Below are positions 52,152 through 64,000 of a stretch of DNA of 64,000 nucleotides, in pieces. Location: assembly GCA_023213395.1 (NCBI GenBank), contig CM041465.1, forward strand, positions 232,569,741 through 232,633,740, written 5' to 3'. Under the pieces are notes generated by a model. That model made no database searches. It was given only the letters and a program-made list of their open reading frames with translations, and was not told the DNA's origin. The translations under genes and the position numbers were made by a program. Each line of letters starts with the position of its first letter. Positions within the stretch are counted from its first letter, which is position 1. Source of the stretch: Cycas panzhihuaensis (Eukaryota; Plantae; Cycadophyta).

Positions 52152-53280
52152 AATACTTTTGTTTTATTTCATATCTTGTATTAGGACTAGGAGAATTGTT
52201 ATGTTTTTTGGTTTCCAAGCAACTCTTCTATTCATTTAATCTATATTTTTTGTGATATGGGTTGATTATTCGATGGGTAACCACTTGAACATTATAGATA
52301 TGATGTTTTTCCGCCTTAATGATTTTGTAAATGCATTTCATTTCAATTCGCTTGCATGTTTGTGTTGTTATTATTCTCTTGTAATCCATTGCATTATATT
52401 TGCTATTTGTTGTAAAATGTATGTGTATTTGGGATTCATCACAAATTTTTTTATTTGATGCAGTCATCTATTGTATGCTCTAGGTAATTGAAGGGTGGAG
52501 GGAACCACGTAGTTGATCTTTGATGTTTGCTAGCTTTGGCTTCAACCTTTTTAATTTCATATATGTGTGTGTGTGTTTTAAAATATATATCGTAAGGACC
52601 TTAATTCATCAATTTGAATTTGTGCTCTCATTTTGTTCTTTAGGCATGCACTTGTGCTCATTGTCTTCATTTTGGCAGTTTAAAAGGATTCACCATTGCT
52701 TATCTTGGCCCTATTCTTGATGATAATGTTTATTCTTCCATCATAATCTCGGATGGTCTTTTTGTGCATTTGTTTAATCTCCCCTAGGCTTTGATATATG
52801 GTTTTGTGAGATCCCTTAGTATTTGATAGTTAACAAGAGCTATTCAATTTGTTTCCATGATGGATTGGATGTAGTTACATTAGAAGCATAAACTTTTGTA
52901 GTTATTTTGATGAAGAGTTATATTGCTATTATGTACTTGATGTATGATGCTAGTATTTATTTACTTATGTGGCAATGTATTTGGATACAAAAGCTATTTG
53001 AATAAGGTCCTTGTGTGTGCACTGACAAAGGCATGGATATTAGCGAAATTATGTTTGTATCTACAAATACATTTCCTACTTGTTTCTTGCTATGTTGGTG
53101 GTCGTTGTAATATTTGTGGATTGAAGTTTATTGTTGTTGCTCGTTAGCTTGTACATTTTCTTTTATCAATATCAAGTATATGTGGCTAATTTTACATAGT
53201 GACGACAATTGAGAACTCTCTTATTTCATGAAGTCTCTTATATTATTTGAGAGCTCTCTAATTATGTACTTGTTTTTTAG

Positions 53281-53665
53281 GTTCTCAGATGCTTTCAATT
53301 TTTTGATTCAATTGCCAAAAGAAATTCATATTTGGTGCGCATATCAAGATGTTATGTGGCCTCTTTTGGAGCCATTTTGTAGTTATTTTGAATATAAACA
53401 AGATGACTTGCCACTTAAGGTTCTTTGGAAGAGGGTTTGCAAAGAGTTACAAAGATGTACCCAATGTATTGTCCAACACCACAAAGCCCAAGAGCTCTAC
53501 AAGTCCGAGTTTGAGGATGAAATTGTTCGACCTCTTCTTACTGTTTTACAAACTCTTGATGAGGAAAGGGTGGCTGAGCATCTTAAAGATATTAACTCAA
53601 GGGCTCGAGAGAAAAAACTTGATGCTGAGAAGGATTATCCAGAAGTTGTTAGTGCCTTATTTGAG
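53281..53665 (+). CDS. Internal coding exon of a SEN1/senataxin-like helicase gene (N-terminal domain; resembles Arabidopsis At1g16800)
   Basis: Pyrimidine tract + AG acceptor at 53280 and GAG|GTATGT donor at 53666; no stops; (W)FSDAFNFLIQLPKEIHIWC..DVMWPLLE.F...PLKVLWKR...C.QC..QHH..QE.Y..E.....PLL.VL..LDEERV..HL..IN...EVVS..E matches my recollection of plant SEN1-like N-termini. Confidence 0.85.
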
Positions 53666-55336
53666 GTATGTATTATTACTTTAACATTATACACTATCTG
53701 GATACATCTTTGTTTTGCAAGTTTCTAAGAAGTATTGAATTGCTCCTCTTCTTTGCAATATTTGGTCTTGCGTAACTAGGAGTTCTAGATCAACATTTTC
53801 TTGTCATTACTTTATTGTAGCATAAATGTCAAATGTTGATGAAATGGTTGTCTTATTGCACATCATTCTTTATTTATATAATATGATTGATTTTGATGGG
53901 ATTATTATAGCCATGTTCAATTTTCAAGAACTTGGAACATTGTGTGCAGGTTTTATGCCTTGTTGTTTTGTAAATACTCCTCATGCTAACCTTATTGATT
54001 GATGTTTACGTAGGAAACCAATGCTCATCAATTTGGTAACTCAATACTCGTGGAATATTTATTGAAATATTCTACTAAAATATCTAATTGTAATTGGGAC
54101 TAACTAGACTAAACAATAAGAAATTTGTCATAATTCATTGAAATTTGTAATAAATGCCTTGCCCATTGTTTTTCCAAGTCATTTAGTTTGGTCACTCAAC
54201 CACAGGTAACTCTTAATGATTGTAATTACTTCATGTTTATCCCAACGACAAGAGGATGCTAACACAATGATTGTAGTTACTATGTTTATCTTGCTAACAA
54301 AAGAATGTTAAGTGAATTGCTTGAGCTAGCTTAATGTTGTTTGATCTTGGAAAATTGGGATTTTAATTGAAAATTTGGTCTGCTAGACCTCAAAGGGGAC
54401 CTCCACTTAGTATATTTAGCAATTAAATTTATTTTATTTGAGGGCTTGTGGTAGCTTTGACTCTTTTATAGTCATAGGCACTACTTCTTTTGGTTTTATG
54501 GAAAAATTAATGAAGCACTTGTTATGGGTACATGAATTTTCGTTGCAATTTCTCATGTCTTAATTAGTTGGCGAGTGCAAACCATTGTATTTCAAGCATA
54601 CTATTTTTGTGATTTCAATTGTGTTCTTGGATGGTTGAATGTCTCTCTTTGTGATTTTTGTGTTGGTTGGCGTTGCTTTGTTTTACTTGAGCTTGGGGTG
54701 TTCTCATTTTATTAACATTGATATATTGTTGAATCATCTCGTGCATGGTCGTGCCATATTGTTGAAAGGTGTCCTGAATTTTGTTATAGCTTATTTCCAT
54801 ATGTTTGCAAACATTCATTTAGAGTTGTGTTTGCGAACACTTTTGGCTGGGTTCATATTTGACTTGCTTGATCATTGTTTTTAGAATTGTAAATGTAAGC
54901 TATTGGTTGCTTGATCATAGTTTCTCTATTATTTTGGCTAATTCTTCTTTGGTGTCATCCATTGTTATTTGAACCTTCTAATGGGCCACATATGGTATCT
55001 TTTCTGGATGGTTTCGAGCTTTTGCATGTTATCTAATCTTTAGGAGTTGTTGTTGTGTTGGTTGCTTTCAGTATTGTTTTTGTGGTGGTAATTGTTTCTA
55101 ATGCACCACTTTTCTTATTGTCATTAGTATTACTAGTCTGATGATTCTCTTTTGGATTGCCTCTAATACTTGTGGACTATCCTTTGGTTGTTGTCATTGT
55201 TGGGAGCTTTTGTTGTTTTAGTTGTTGATTATTACCTTTTTCCACTCTTGCTCCACCTGTAGGTTCTCTTCTTGAGGCTAGTTTGCTTCCTTCCTGTCGG
55301 TGTCCTCTTGACTACTTGTTTTAGTTGATTGCCTTG

Positions 55337-55622
55337 GGGAATTCCTTAATTGAATCTTGGATAATGGGTTAAGCTAGTTTTTTTGTTGCTTCATTTATTG
55401 CAATATTGTTTGTGATGCCATTTCTATTGATATTGCATGTAGTTTTGCATCTATATTTTTACCTAGTAATTAGTCGTGCTTTGGTTACCTAGGGAATTTC
55501 TTAATGGTATCTTGGGTTGTGGGCTAAAATAGTATTCTTGCTACTTTGTCTTTTGCAATATTCCCTTTGATGCTATTTTTATTGATATTGCATATAGTCA
55601 TGCCTCTAAATGTTTACCTAGT
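55337..55622. repeat. Diverged ~155-bp tandem duplication in intronic sequence
   Basis: GGGAATT.CTTAAT...TATTGATATTGCAT.TAGT...TTACCTAG occurs twice. Confidence 0.6.
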
Positions 55623-58600
55623 TGTGAGGAAACATGAAGTTATAAATCATGTATTTTTGAACTATAGAATCTCGTTCATACACAACTAGCAAACATCAAA
55701 GAGCAAAGTACATAGTGCATAGGTTTTACATGGGTAAACCTTTTCATAAAAAAACCCACCACAAGGATCAATAGATCACATTGATTCCTTCCACTTGATT
55801 GGTTTTACAATGGACTTGGGGATCTTTTATAATCCCCAAACGGTATGTCCAACCCTTGATTGTGGCTCTCTAAAATTCACACCTTTTGACTTAACTCACC
55901 ACAATTAACATTAATTGTGTGGTTTAGTATAAGTTGCCATGCTAACATTCCCCCTTAATGTAAAAATGGGGATTTAATTTGTAGTTTGAAATTATTGACG
56001 AAGACTAGAATTATCCTTACTGATATACCTCCCATAAAGGAAAATTTCTCTAAATCCCAATCTAGCATGCATCTTAGTGAATTGATTTTCAGTTAGTGCC
56101 TTGGTGAACATGTCGTCCAACTACTTTTCACTGGGATGGTACTCGACCTGCAACTTCCCTACTTTGATTTGTTCAGAAATGTAGTGGTGCTAAATTTCAA
56201 TTTGCTTCGTATGTGTGAAATTTTGATTCTTCAACAACCTAATAGTGCTTTGGTTATTGACTAAACTAACTAGGGTATTACAAGGTATACCAAAAGTATA
56301 TGTAAGTCCCTACAACCATATAGCTTCTCTTGCATCAACTATGAATCCCTAGTACTCTACCTCTATATAAGGTAGTATAACTATCCATTGTTTTTTTGAC
56401 TTCCACGATACAGGTCCATTACCAATGCTGAAGAAATATCTAACAATGGATTTATGATCATTGGAGTCTCTCCCCAATCAATATCATTGTAGGCACTCAA
56501 TTTCACCTCTTCGCCATGGAGTTATTCTAGAACAAGATTAAGAGTTCCTTTCAAATATCTCAGAATTTGCTTCGCAATAACCCAATGTGGCTTCTGTGAA
56601 TTTTGCATATAACTAGAGACTAATCTAATAGCATAAACAATATCTAGTCTAGTATAAGTTAAGTAAATGAGAACCTGTATTAACTATGTGTATAATGTCA
56701 AGTTTACAACAAGATTCTTCATATCTTTCAGAGGTTTTATGCCCTTAGCACATGGTGTGGAAATAGATGTGTAGTTCTACATTTTAAACTTCACAAGTAA
56801 GTTCATTGCATGTTTCACTTGTGATGCCATGATTCAATCCTCCAATTGTTGTACTTTGATGCCCAAGAAGCAACTCATCATACCTAAATCTATCATTTCA
56901 TAGGTCTTTTGCTAGTTGGATTTAACATCCATAATTCCCTTATGATAATTGCTTGTTAAGATGAGATCATCAATGTACAACATGATCACCACAATGAAAT
57001 TTGCAGTCCCCTTGATATACAAATTCGGTTCTAGATCTATAGTGACAAATCCTTCCTGCTTTAGGTGAGCATTGATCTTTACATACCATGCCCTTGGCGC
57101 TCGCTTAAGTCCATAGAGAGATTTCTTTAATGGGCACACAAATTGTTCTTGTCCTTCCTTAAATAAACCCTAGATGTTGTACCATATAAATTTCTTCCTT
57201 TTGGTCTCCATTTAAAAATGTAGATTTTACATCCATTTGATGTATCTCCCATTTGTATTTGGCTGCAAGTGAAAAGATCAATTGGACTACTGTCATCTTC
57301 AGGATTGGTGCAATTGTCTCATCATAATTAATTCCTTCCTTTTGTTTAAATCCTTGTATAACAAGTTGAGGTTTGTACTTTTCCATCTCACCATTAGGAT
57401 GGAACTTTGTCTTGTATACCCACTTGCATTGAATGAAATTCTTCTTTGGAGGTAATGGGACTAAATCCCATGTCTCATTCTTGATATGAGAATCATATTC
57501 TTCCTCCATCATAGATGTCCACTTTGGATTCTCTTTTGCTTTAGGGTAAGAATCAGAATCACGAGAGTCCATGGTGTTAACCATTATAGCTTGACTGGCA
57601 TGTTGACCCTTTGTCTTTTGTCCTTCTATTAGATGGTGTAGTGTCGTACTTGACTCTTCATTCGTCTTTTTGGCCCACATTGTTATTGAGGCACTTAATG
57701 TCTGACTTACCTCTTCATGTGATGTCTCTTCATTATCTACATTACTTGGTCCATCTTTCCTCTATGCAACATGCTCCTCAATTGGTTGAATTGGGTTTGC
57801 ATTCTTAGAAAGGGACTCTTGCACGGTCGACCCTAATAGAAATGGTGGTAAAGGCGGATAAAAGACTTCTTTAGACAACACTCGGTCAACATGATAAGCC
57901 AACGACTCAACAAATTTTGCATCTTGACTAACATGAAGTTTCTTCCCCACTATATCCAACAGTGTGTAATCTTTACTTGTATCACTATACCTAATGAAGA
58001 TAATGTTGACTTAAAGATTCACTACACTTGTGAAAATTGACACTGTTCAAGGGATCACTGGTTGTTGGTCTAGCTTAAGATACAATCAACATGCTTATTT
58101 TCCCATTAACTATCATTAAGGTTCTCATGCACACAATGTTATCACATATTCATCCTTAATTCATCATAATATCATCATAAATTCTAGACAGCAATATACC
58201 AATCAACATATATTCCATTATATAATCATTATGGCGCGCATCAGACATAATATTCCACGTAACTCTTCACTTTATCAAACAGGGCTAATGCATTCAGTTC
58301 TGTAACGTATTCTGCATACGTTCCAACTGTATATACAAGATTCTGTCACATGTATTCCAAAATGGAATGTATCACGGAATGCATTTGCTTAATCCCTAAT
58401 CTGTGTTGCCCTCCTTGGTACTTTAGCTATTGTACTACCTCATGGATTGAATACTTGGCTCTCACTGTTGGAATGATCTTCAAAGTATCATTAAATATGT
58501 CCTTTTGGTGCCTCTTGAGTGAAGGGTTATGACTCAAAAGTCATAACTGTACCTTTCTGTCACTAAGGTACCCTTTCACTTAAACACATGATTTAGTCTC

Positions 58601-61600
58601 CTTAATGGTGTCTTTTTTGTTCGTATGTCCGTATGTATGTCCGTCTGGGCTGACGTCATTGCATCTGGGTGCCTTTGGGTTAGATTTGTTCATGCATACC
58701 TTTTTGTCTGCTAGCGTACTTGAAATGGTACGCACACTGTGTTGCATACCCAAAAAGGTACATACCTATCATATGTACCTAGATTGTACTTTTTTGCCTT
58801 TTTTCACTATACGTACCTCCGTACGGTTTGTACCTGCATTCTACTGGTCAATACAAGCTTGCATTTTGTCTTCCTCTAGTCTATGTGCCAAAATATGCCC
58901 CAATAGATATACTTCTCATTATTGCAATCCAACTTCTTTCATTTTTTGTCAGGGATGTGTGTACATGCTATTCACCCAAAAACTTTTGAATGGTCAATTG
59001 TAGGCTTCTGATTAGTCCATTTCTCCTTAGTGTTCATGCAACAAATTGCTAAAGTTGTTACTTGGTTGAAAATATACATAGCAGTTCCAACAACTTTTGC
59101 ATAGATCATTGGTGGCAAGTTATGTTTATGCACCATGCACCTTGCCATCTCCATCATGGTATACAATTTTTCCTCTTAATGACACTATTTTGTTATGGGT
59201 GTATGGGACTATGAATTGTTGCTTTATACCATGATTAAGACAGGATTGATTAAAGCCATTATTACTGTATTCCTTGCCATTATCACTCTTCAAAATTTTA
59301 TTTTTCTTATCACTTTCATTTTTGACTTGAGCTTTCCATTCTCGAAAGCGATCAAACAATTCAAACATATTCTTGAGAAAATACATACAGGCCTTTTCGT
59401 TGTAATCATCTACAAACACCAACATATATCAAGGGTTTGATAATGGCCTCATCGAATTGGAATGTACAATCTTCAACTTTTCCATAGCTCTCTAGGCACA
59501 ATTTTGAGTGAAAGGATATTTGCGATGCTTCTTGTACATACCCTCTTCACAAACGTTAACTGAACACAAAACATTTCACAGATCTTCCACCATATTTAGT
59601 TTGTTCAGCAGTGACATGCTTTTAAAATTATGTTGACCCAACCATTTGTGCCATGACATACTCTTATCATTTATGCCAGCAATAAAGGCATATGATTTAT
59701 TTTGTTTTTGAAACATTTCAAATACCCATAAATCGTCTTTCACCTTCCTAGTAGCGATGGCAAAATTTTTTTGCTTTGGATCTTTAATCATGCATCTATC
59801 TTTATAGAGCTTAATCTTCATACCTTGTTTACAAATTTCTCTAGTTAATAGAAGATTTTGGTACATCTCAGGTGCATAATACGCCTTATCAAAGTGTCCA
59901 CTTGCAACATAAACTCTTTCAATGCCTTTAATAAGAATAGCTCTAGCATCCCCGAGAATGATCTTTGCATTACATGAATTTGAATCCCATGCAGTAAAGT
60001 TCTCCTTATATGCCTTTGCGCACCTAAGTTAAGGATCCAAGAGCCCATCTATTTTGTTGGTACATTAGGTGAAATCAAGACTTATGTACAATGAGCAATT
60101 ATGCCTTTTCGTTTTTCTTCTTGATATGCTTTCTGTTGGTCTTTCTTCTTGATCCCATAACTCTTTTCCTTGTGGCCATCCTTCATGCAATAATTACACT
60201 TTCCAACAAATCTCTTCTTCTTCTTCTTTTCTCTAGATGTTTCTCTAGTCTTTTGTGGATTTCTTTCCCCCTAATCACCATGTTTCCTTTGCGTCTTAAT
60301 GACTAAGGCATGATTGGATTTAGAAATCCCAAGTATGCCATGGTGTTTCAACTTGGCATCTTCGGGTAGAATCAGATTTTTCAACGATTCAAGTGTTTCA
60401 TCTTCCATAACTTCATCTTTGGCATAGATAGTCTAAAAGATACTAAATGTGGTTGGTAATTTCGACATAATTATTGGGAAGAGCAGCTCCTTATCAATTG
60501 AATCTTCCTTTATCTCTTCCAACTTGTTATTCAAGTTTGTTGTTTTGTACAAGTAGGCACTTATGTTGTTCTCGTTCTCGATGACAACATTCAACAACTC
60601 CATCATCAACCTAACTTGATTTGATTTCATTTCTTTAAACGTCTCACTTAATCTCATCTAGATCTCATGCGACGTCTGCAAGTGGTGAACAAGTGCCCTT
60701 TGATTCGAAGCCAATGATAGCTTCAACAACCCGATGATAGTGAATTATTGCTCCTTAATTTTATCTTTTTCCTTTGCATCTGTGGATATGATTGTAATCT
60801 ATTCCTTGGTAATTTTCCACAACTGATTTACCATTAAAACAAGCTCCATATTCGTCTTCCATTCACTTAAGTTATTGCAATTAAAAGTCACTTGTGGCAA
60901 TTTTTCCATCATGAATATGACAGGAAAAACACAAGTCCATGGCAACCAACGATCTACTAGACAACAGGAAAATAACTTGGCAACACTATTATACACTTGC
61001 ACCCAATTTTACAACCTCTAAATGACACAACCTTTGTTTGCCAAAAATATTGTTTCGACAAGAAGATTTTCAAACCTACATGCTCGAAAACTTGTAAATG
61101 GCATAGCCTCTGTTTGCCAAATATATCACTTCAACAACAAGATTTTCAAGCCTACGTGCTCCACATGTTTTGATACAAATTTTTGCAGGCTGCGATACAA
61201 ATTTAGTGCACCTTACACTCCAATTTGCAAAAATATCCCTCAAAAGATGATTTTTAACTAGTAGAACACATAAATGGTTGTGCCCAACGACATCTAGATG
61301 ATAAATCTAATGAAAAGTTGACAAACTCTTTGCTTGAAATGGCAATGTTTAGTAATAGACAATCAAGTTCTCCTACAATGGTCTCTCCCCTTTCAAAAAA
61401 TTGAATTTAAAAGAGAGAATATGGCTTTCTAAAAGGGTGGTTCCAATATAGATGCCCGCGTGACTTTTTCACTTATGTAGCCCTTAAAAACATGTGGGCA
61501 ATGGCTTATAACATATTTTTTGTATATTTTAAGGTTTTAAAACCTTAGAATATGTGTATAAAATGTTGGACACCAAATTTTAATTGATGCACCTTCATTT

Positions 61601-61950
61601 TCAAAAGATGCACCTCCATGGGTGATGTCCATGGCAAACACTCATGCCACAATGTTAAACACTCTTGTACGACACCAAAAAGAGAACATCACCAATTTTG
61701 CACTTGGAAGACGAGAAATCAAGAAAGAAAAGAGGGCGCGGGCTTGAGACTTTGTCTACAAATTTCTCTTTGAATTCTCATTCAAACTCTTCAAAATCGG
61801 TCTTAATATCTTCATTATGACCAGAATTTTCTTTTAAGTACAAGTTTGTTGCATTAAATTCTATATTTTTTTCAAAATGAGCAAAAACCACTTTCAAACC
61901 CTAGTCGCCCATATCTATTTCAAAGTGTCTTTCTCGAAAATTAAACCTCT
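55623..61950 (-). mobile_element. Decayed Ty1/copia element; 3' LTR 55623-55947 with PPT; pol and gag; 5' LTR not identified; integrase interrupted by a solo LTR
   Basis: KSLYGLKRAPRAW, LYIDDL, CKWVYKTK, HQMDVKSTFLNG, ILKSDNGKEY, WHKWLGQ, gag LSEWKTNMELVL..NQLW; right end approximate. Confidence 0.9.
58004..58905 (-). mobile_element. Solo LTR of family G1 inserted in the copia integrase
   Basis: Aligns end to end with 770-1647; TSD GATAA/GATAT; removal restores KYIFIRYSD (cf. KCIFIGYS). Confidence 0.88.
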
Positions 61951-62145
61951 GATAAAAAAACTAGCTGCAGATCTAGATAGGCAATTAAAAAACCTTTAAT
62001 TTGAGACCAATTACATTTTTTGACTGTATAATTCTGTATAGTCGTACATTTGTACATAATTGTACTTTTAGACAAAAAGTAAGTTTTTTTTTTTAGAAAT
62101 TCTTTTTTCTCTTCTAAATTTTAGATTTTTGAGCTGTATACATAC

Positions 62146-62298
62146 ATATATATATATATATATATATGAAAAAGAAAAAAAAGGAGAGCCATAAATCTTT
62201 CATTAGCTGATGTACTTGATTGAAATTTTTCCTTGTACAATGAGTATATTGCCATAAGCCCTCTCCTTAGGCAAGCGTATTCCGTATAATTCTTCATT

Positions 62299-62342
<44 letters not shown>

Positions 62343-62550
62343 AAGAAAGAAAGAAAAGGAGAGCCATAAATCTTTCATTAGCAGATGTATTTGATTGAAT
62401 TTTTTCCTTGTATAATGAGCATATTGCCATAAGCCCTCTCCCTATGCAAGCGTATCCCATACAATTCGTCATTAGTAGGTATACTTTGGTTTGAAATTTT
62501 TTGTACAACGGACATATTTCCATAAGTCCTCTCTATAGGTAGGCGTATGC
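62146..62550. repeat. ~175-bp tandem units (2 plus a partial third); the first two each preceded by a (TA)n microsatellite
   Basis: AAGGAGAGCCATAAATCTTTCATTAGC...GCCATAAGCCCTCTCC repeated; TA runs at ~62146-62167 and ~62301-62335. Confidence 0.85.
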
Positions 62551-62559
62551 TGCACAAAT

Positions 62560-63110
62560 ATCATGTCTCAAGATCAAGAGGAGCTTGTGAACAATGACAA
62601 AAGGCTCAAGCTTTTCAACCAAATTTGGTCAACAACATGATGGCCATGTTTCAACAAATTCTGCAGCAACAGGCCATTCCAATAATAGTTCTAATTTAGA
62701 CACCTTCTTTCAAATTATATGCAAAAATCAATATACCACTTTTTGAAGGCATAATGTATGCAAACAAATTAGATGTGTGGCTTTGAAGTCTTTAAGCTTA
62801 TTTCAAGATACAACAATTCATTGAAGCATAAAAAATTATGGTTGTTGAAGTTTATATGGCAGAACAAGCTTTAACTTGGTGGCAAGCTCTCTCTCGCAAT
62901 CAACCTCCTATCACATGGGTTGATTTTAAAAATATGATACGTTGTTAGTTGTATCCTTTGGGATATCTTGATGAACTCACTACATGTTGACTTCATCTTC
63001 GACAGGTCTTTAGACAATTTGTTCAGCAATACATGGACGAGTTTGTCAAACTTTCTATTTGGTTAGAGGTCTCTGACCCTGATCATATTCTTAAGTTGAA
63101 ATTTGTTTAA
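62560..63110 (+). pseudogene. Decayed gypsy gag fragment related to the gag at ~32400-32850
   Basis: KINIPLFEG...LDVWL*SL*AYFK...VEVYMAEQALTWWQ. Confidence 0.75.
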
Positions 63111-63919
63111 TGTAAATACAAGGACCTATGGTCCTATGGGTCTGATGACTCATAATAAATGCAAATCCTCCCACTCCATGTAATTAATCTACTAAGCATG
63201 ACCTCCAAAATAAGGTGGGTACTCTAGCAGACAGCAAGGTACATATGGACAAATCTGATCCAAAGGCATCCAGAAATGATAACGTCAGCCCAAAAGAACA
63301 TGTACAGACGTACGGATCAGAAAAGACACCATTAAGGAGACTTAATCAAGTGTTAAAGTGAAAGGGTACCTTGGTGACAAAAAGGTATGGTTATGACTTT
63401 GGGTCATAACCTTTCAACTAAAAGGCATCAAAGGGACATATTTAATGATGCTTTGAGGACCATTCTAGTGTGAGAGCCGAGTGATTCAATCCTATGGTAT
63501 ACTCTCGAGGGTGAGAGCCAAGTATTCAGACACTCAATGGTACGGAAGCCAGTACGTATGACAACAGCCTAAAGCAGTGTATGATGTTGTGTATCGTCTA
63601 GGTACGCATGTGACAGTAACAATGTATGTGGCTAGAATGCATAGGGAATGCATTCCAACACCTTGTATACAAAGACTTATTGCTTAATAAAAAAAGAGTT
63701 ACGTGGAAATGTTGATTCTATGTGTTTTATGAAGATTGGATGTTGAATATGTCGATTCTTTGTATTCGTGTGTAAACTGTGACATGATTATGTGGAATTG
63801 TTAATAAATCTGTGTGATCTATGTGGATGAATATGTTGACTGTATCCTAGACTAGACTACCTGTGTTACCTTGATAAGTGTACCCTTCCCACAAGTGTAG
63901 TGGGAAACCAAAGTCAACA
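63111..63919 (+). mobile_element. LTR of family G1 (solo or partial; left boundary uncertain) interrupting the gag fragment
   Basis: ~63226-63919 is the reverse complement of ~770-1465 and ends GTCAACA; the first ~115 bp differ from the other copies; no clean TSD. Confidence 0.75.
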
Positions 63920-64000
63920 ACTTTATGCTCTAATATGCATTTTTGCAACACCCCATCTGGACCCAACTTGTATAACATTCATTGTACCAATTGAAACGAA

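Noticed and set aside
53941-53975. TGCAG|GTTTTATG as acceptor for the next SEN1-like exon
   Set aside because: Translates VLCLVVL* rather than the expected VLMFP... and stops immediately

Overview
AT-rich land-plant nuclear DNA (inferred: large-genome vascular plant such as a gymnosperm, fern or lycophyte). It consists almost entirely of nested, mostly decayed retroelements: about eight Ty1/copia copies from several families, Ty3/gypsy elements with solo or partial LTRs, two L1-clade LINEs, a 322-bp TRIM and two small gag-only (TR-GAG-like) LTR elements. Host-derived sequence is limited to one intact 385-bp exon of a SEN1/senataxin-like helicase gene (53281-53665), whose neighbouring exons I could not find in the window, plus a probable F-box pseudogene and a heavily eroded PPR relic near the left end. 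The most unusual structure is the 38.3-44.5 kb cluster of non-autonomous LTR elements. (i) A TRIM and a gypsy-gag element are fused head-to-head under one shared 5-bp target-site duplication (TSD), with PPT-derived bases apparently retained at the junction, as if two different cDNAs were co-integrated. (ii) A young copia-gag element carries a relic second PBS and a ~200-bp 5' leader about 85% identical to the leader of the gypsy-gag element, which looks like exchange of a cis-module between superfamilies. All identities quoted are hand alignments, not computed values.
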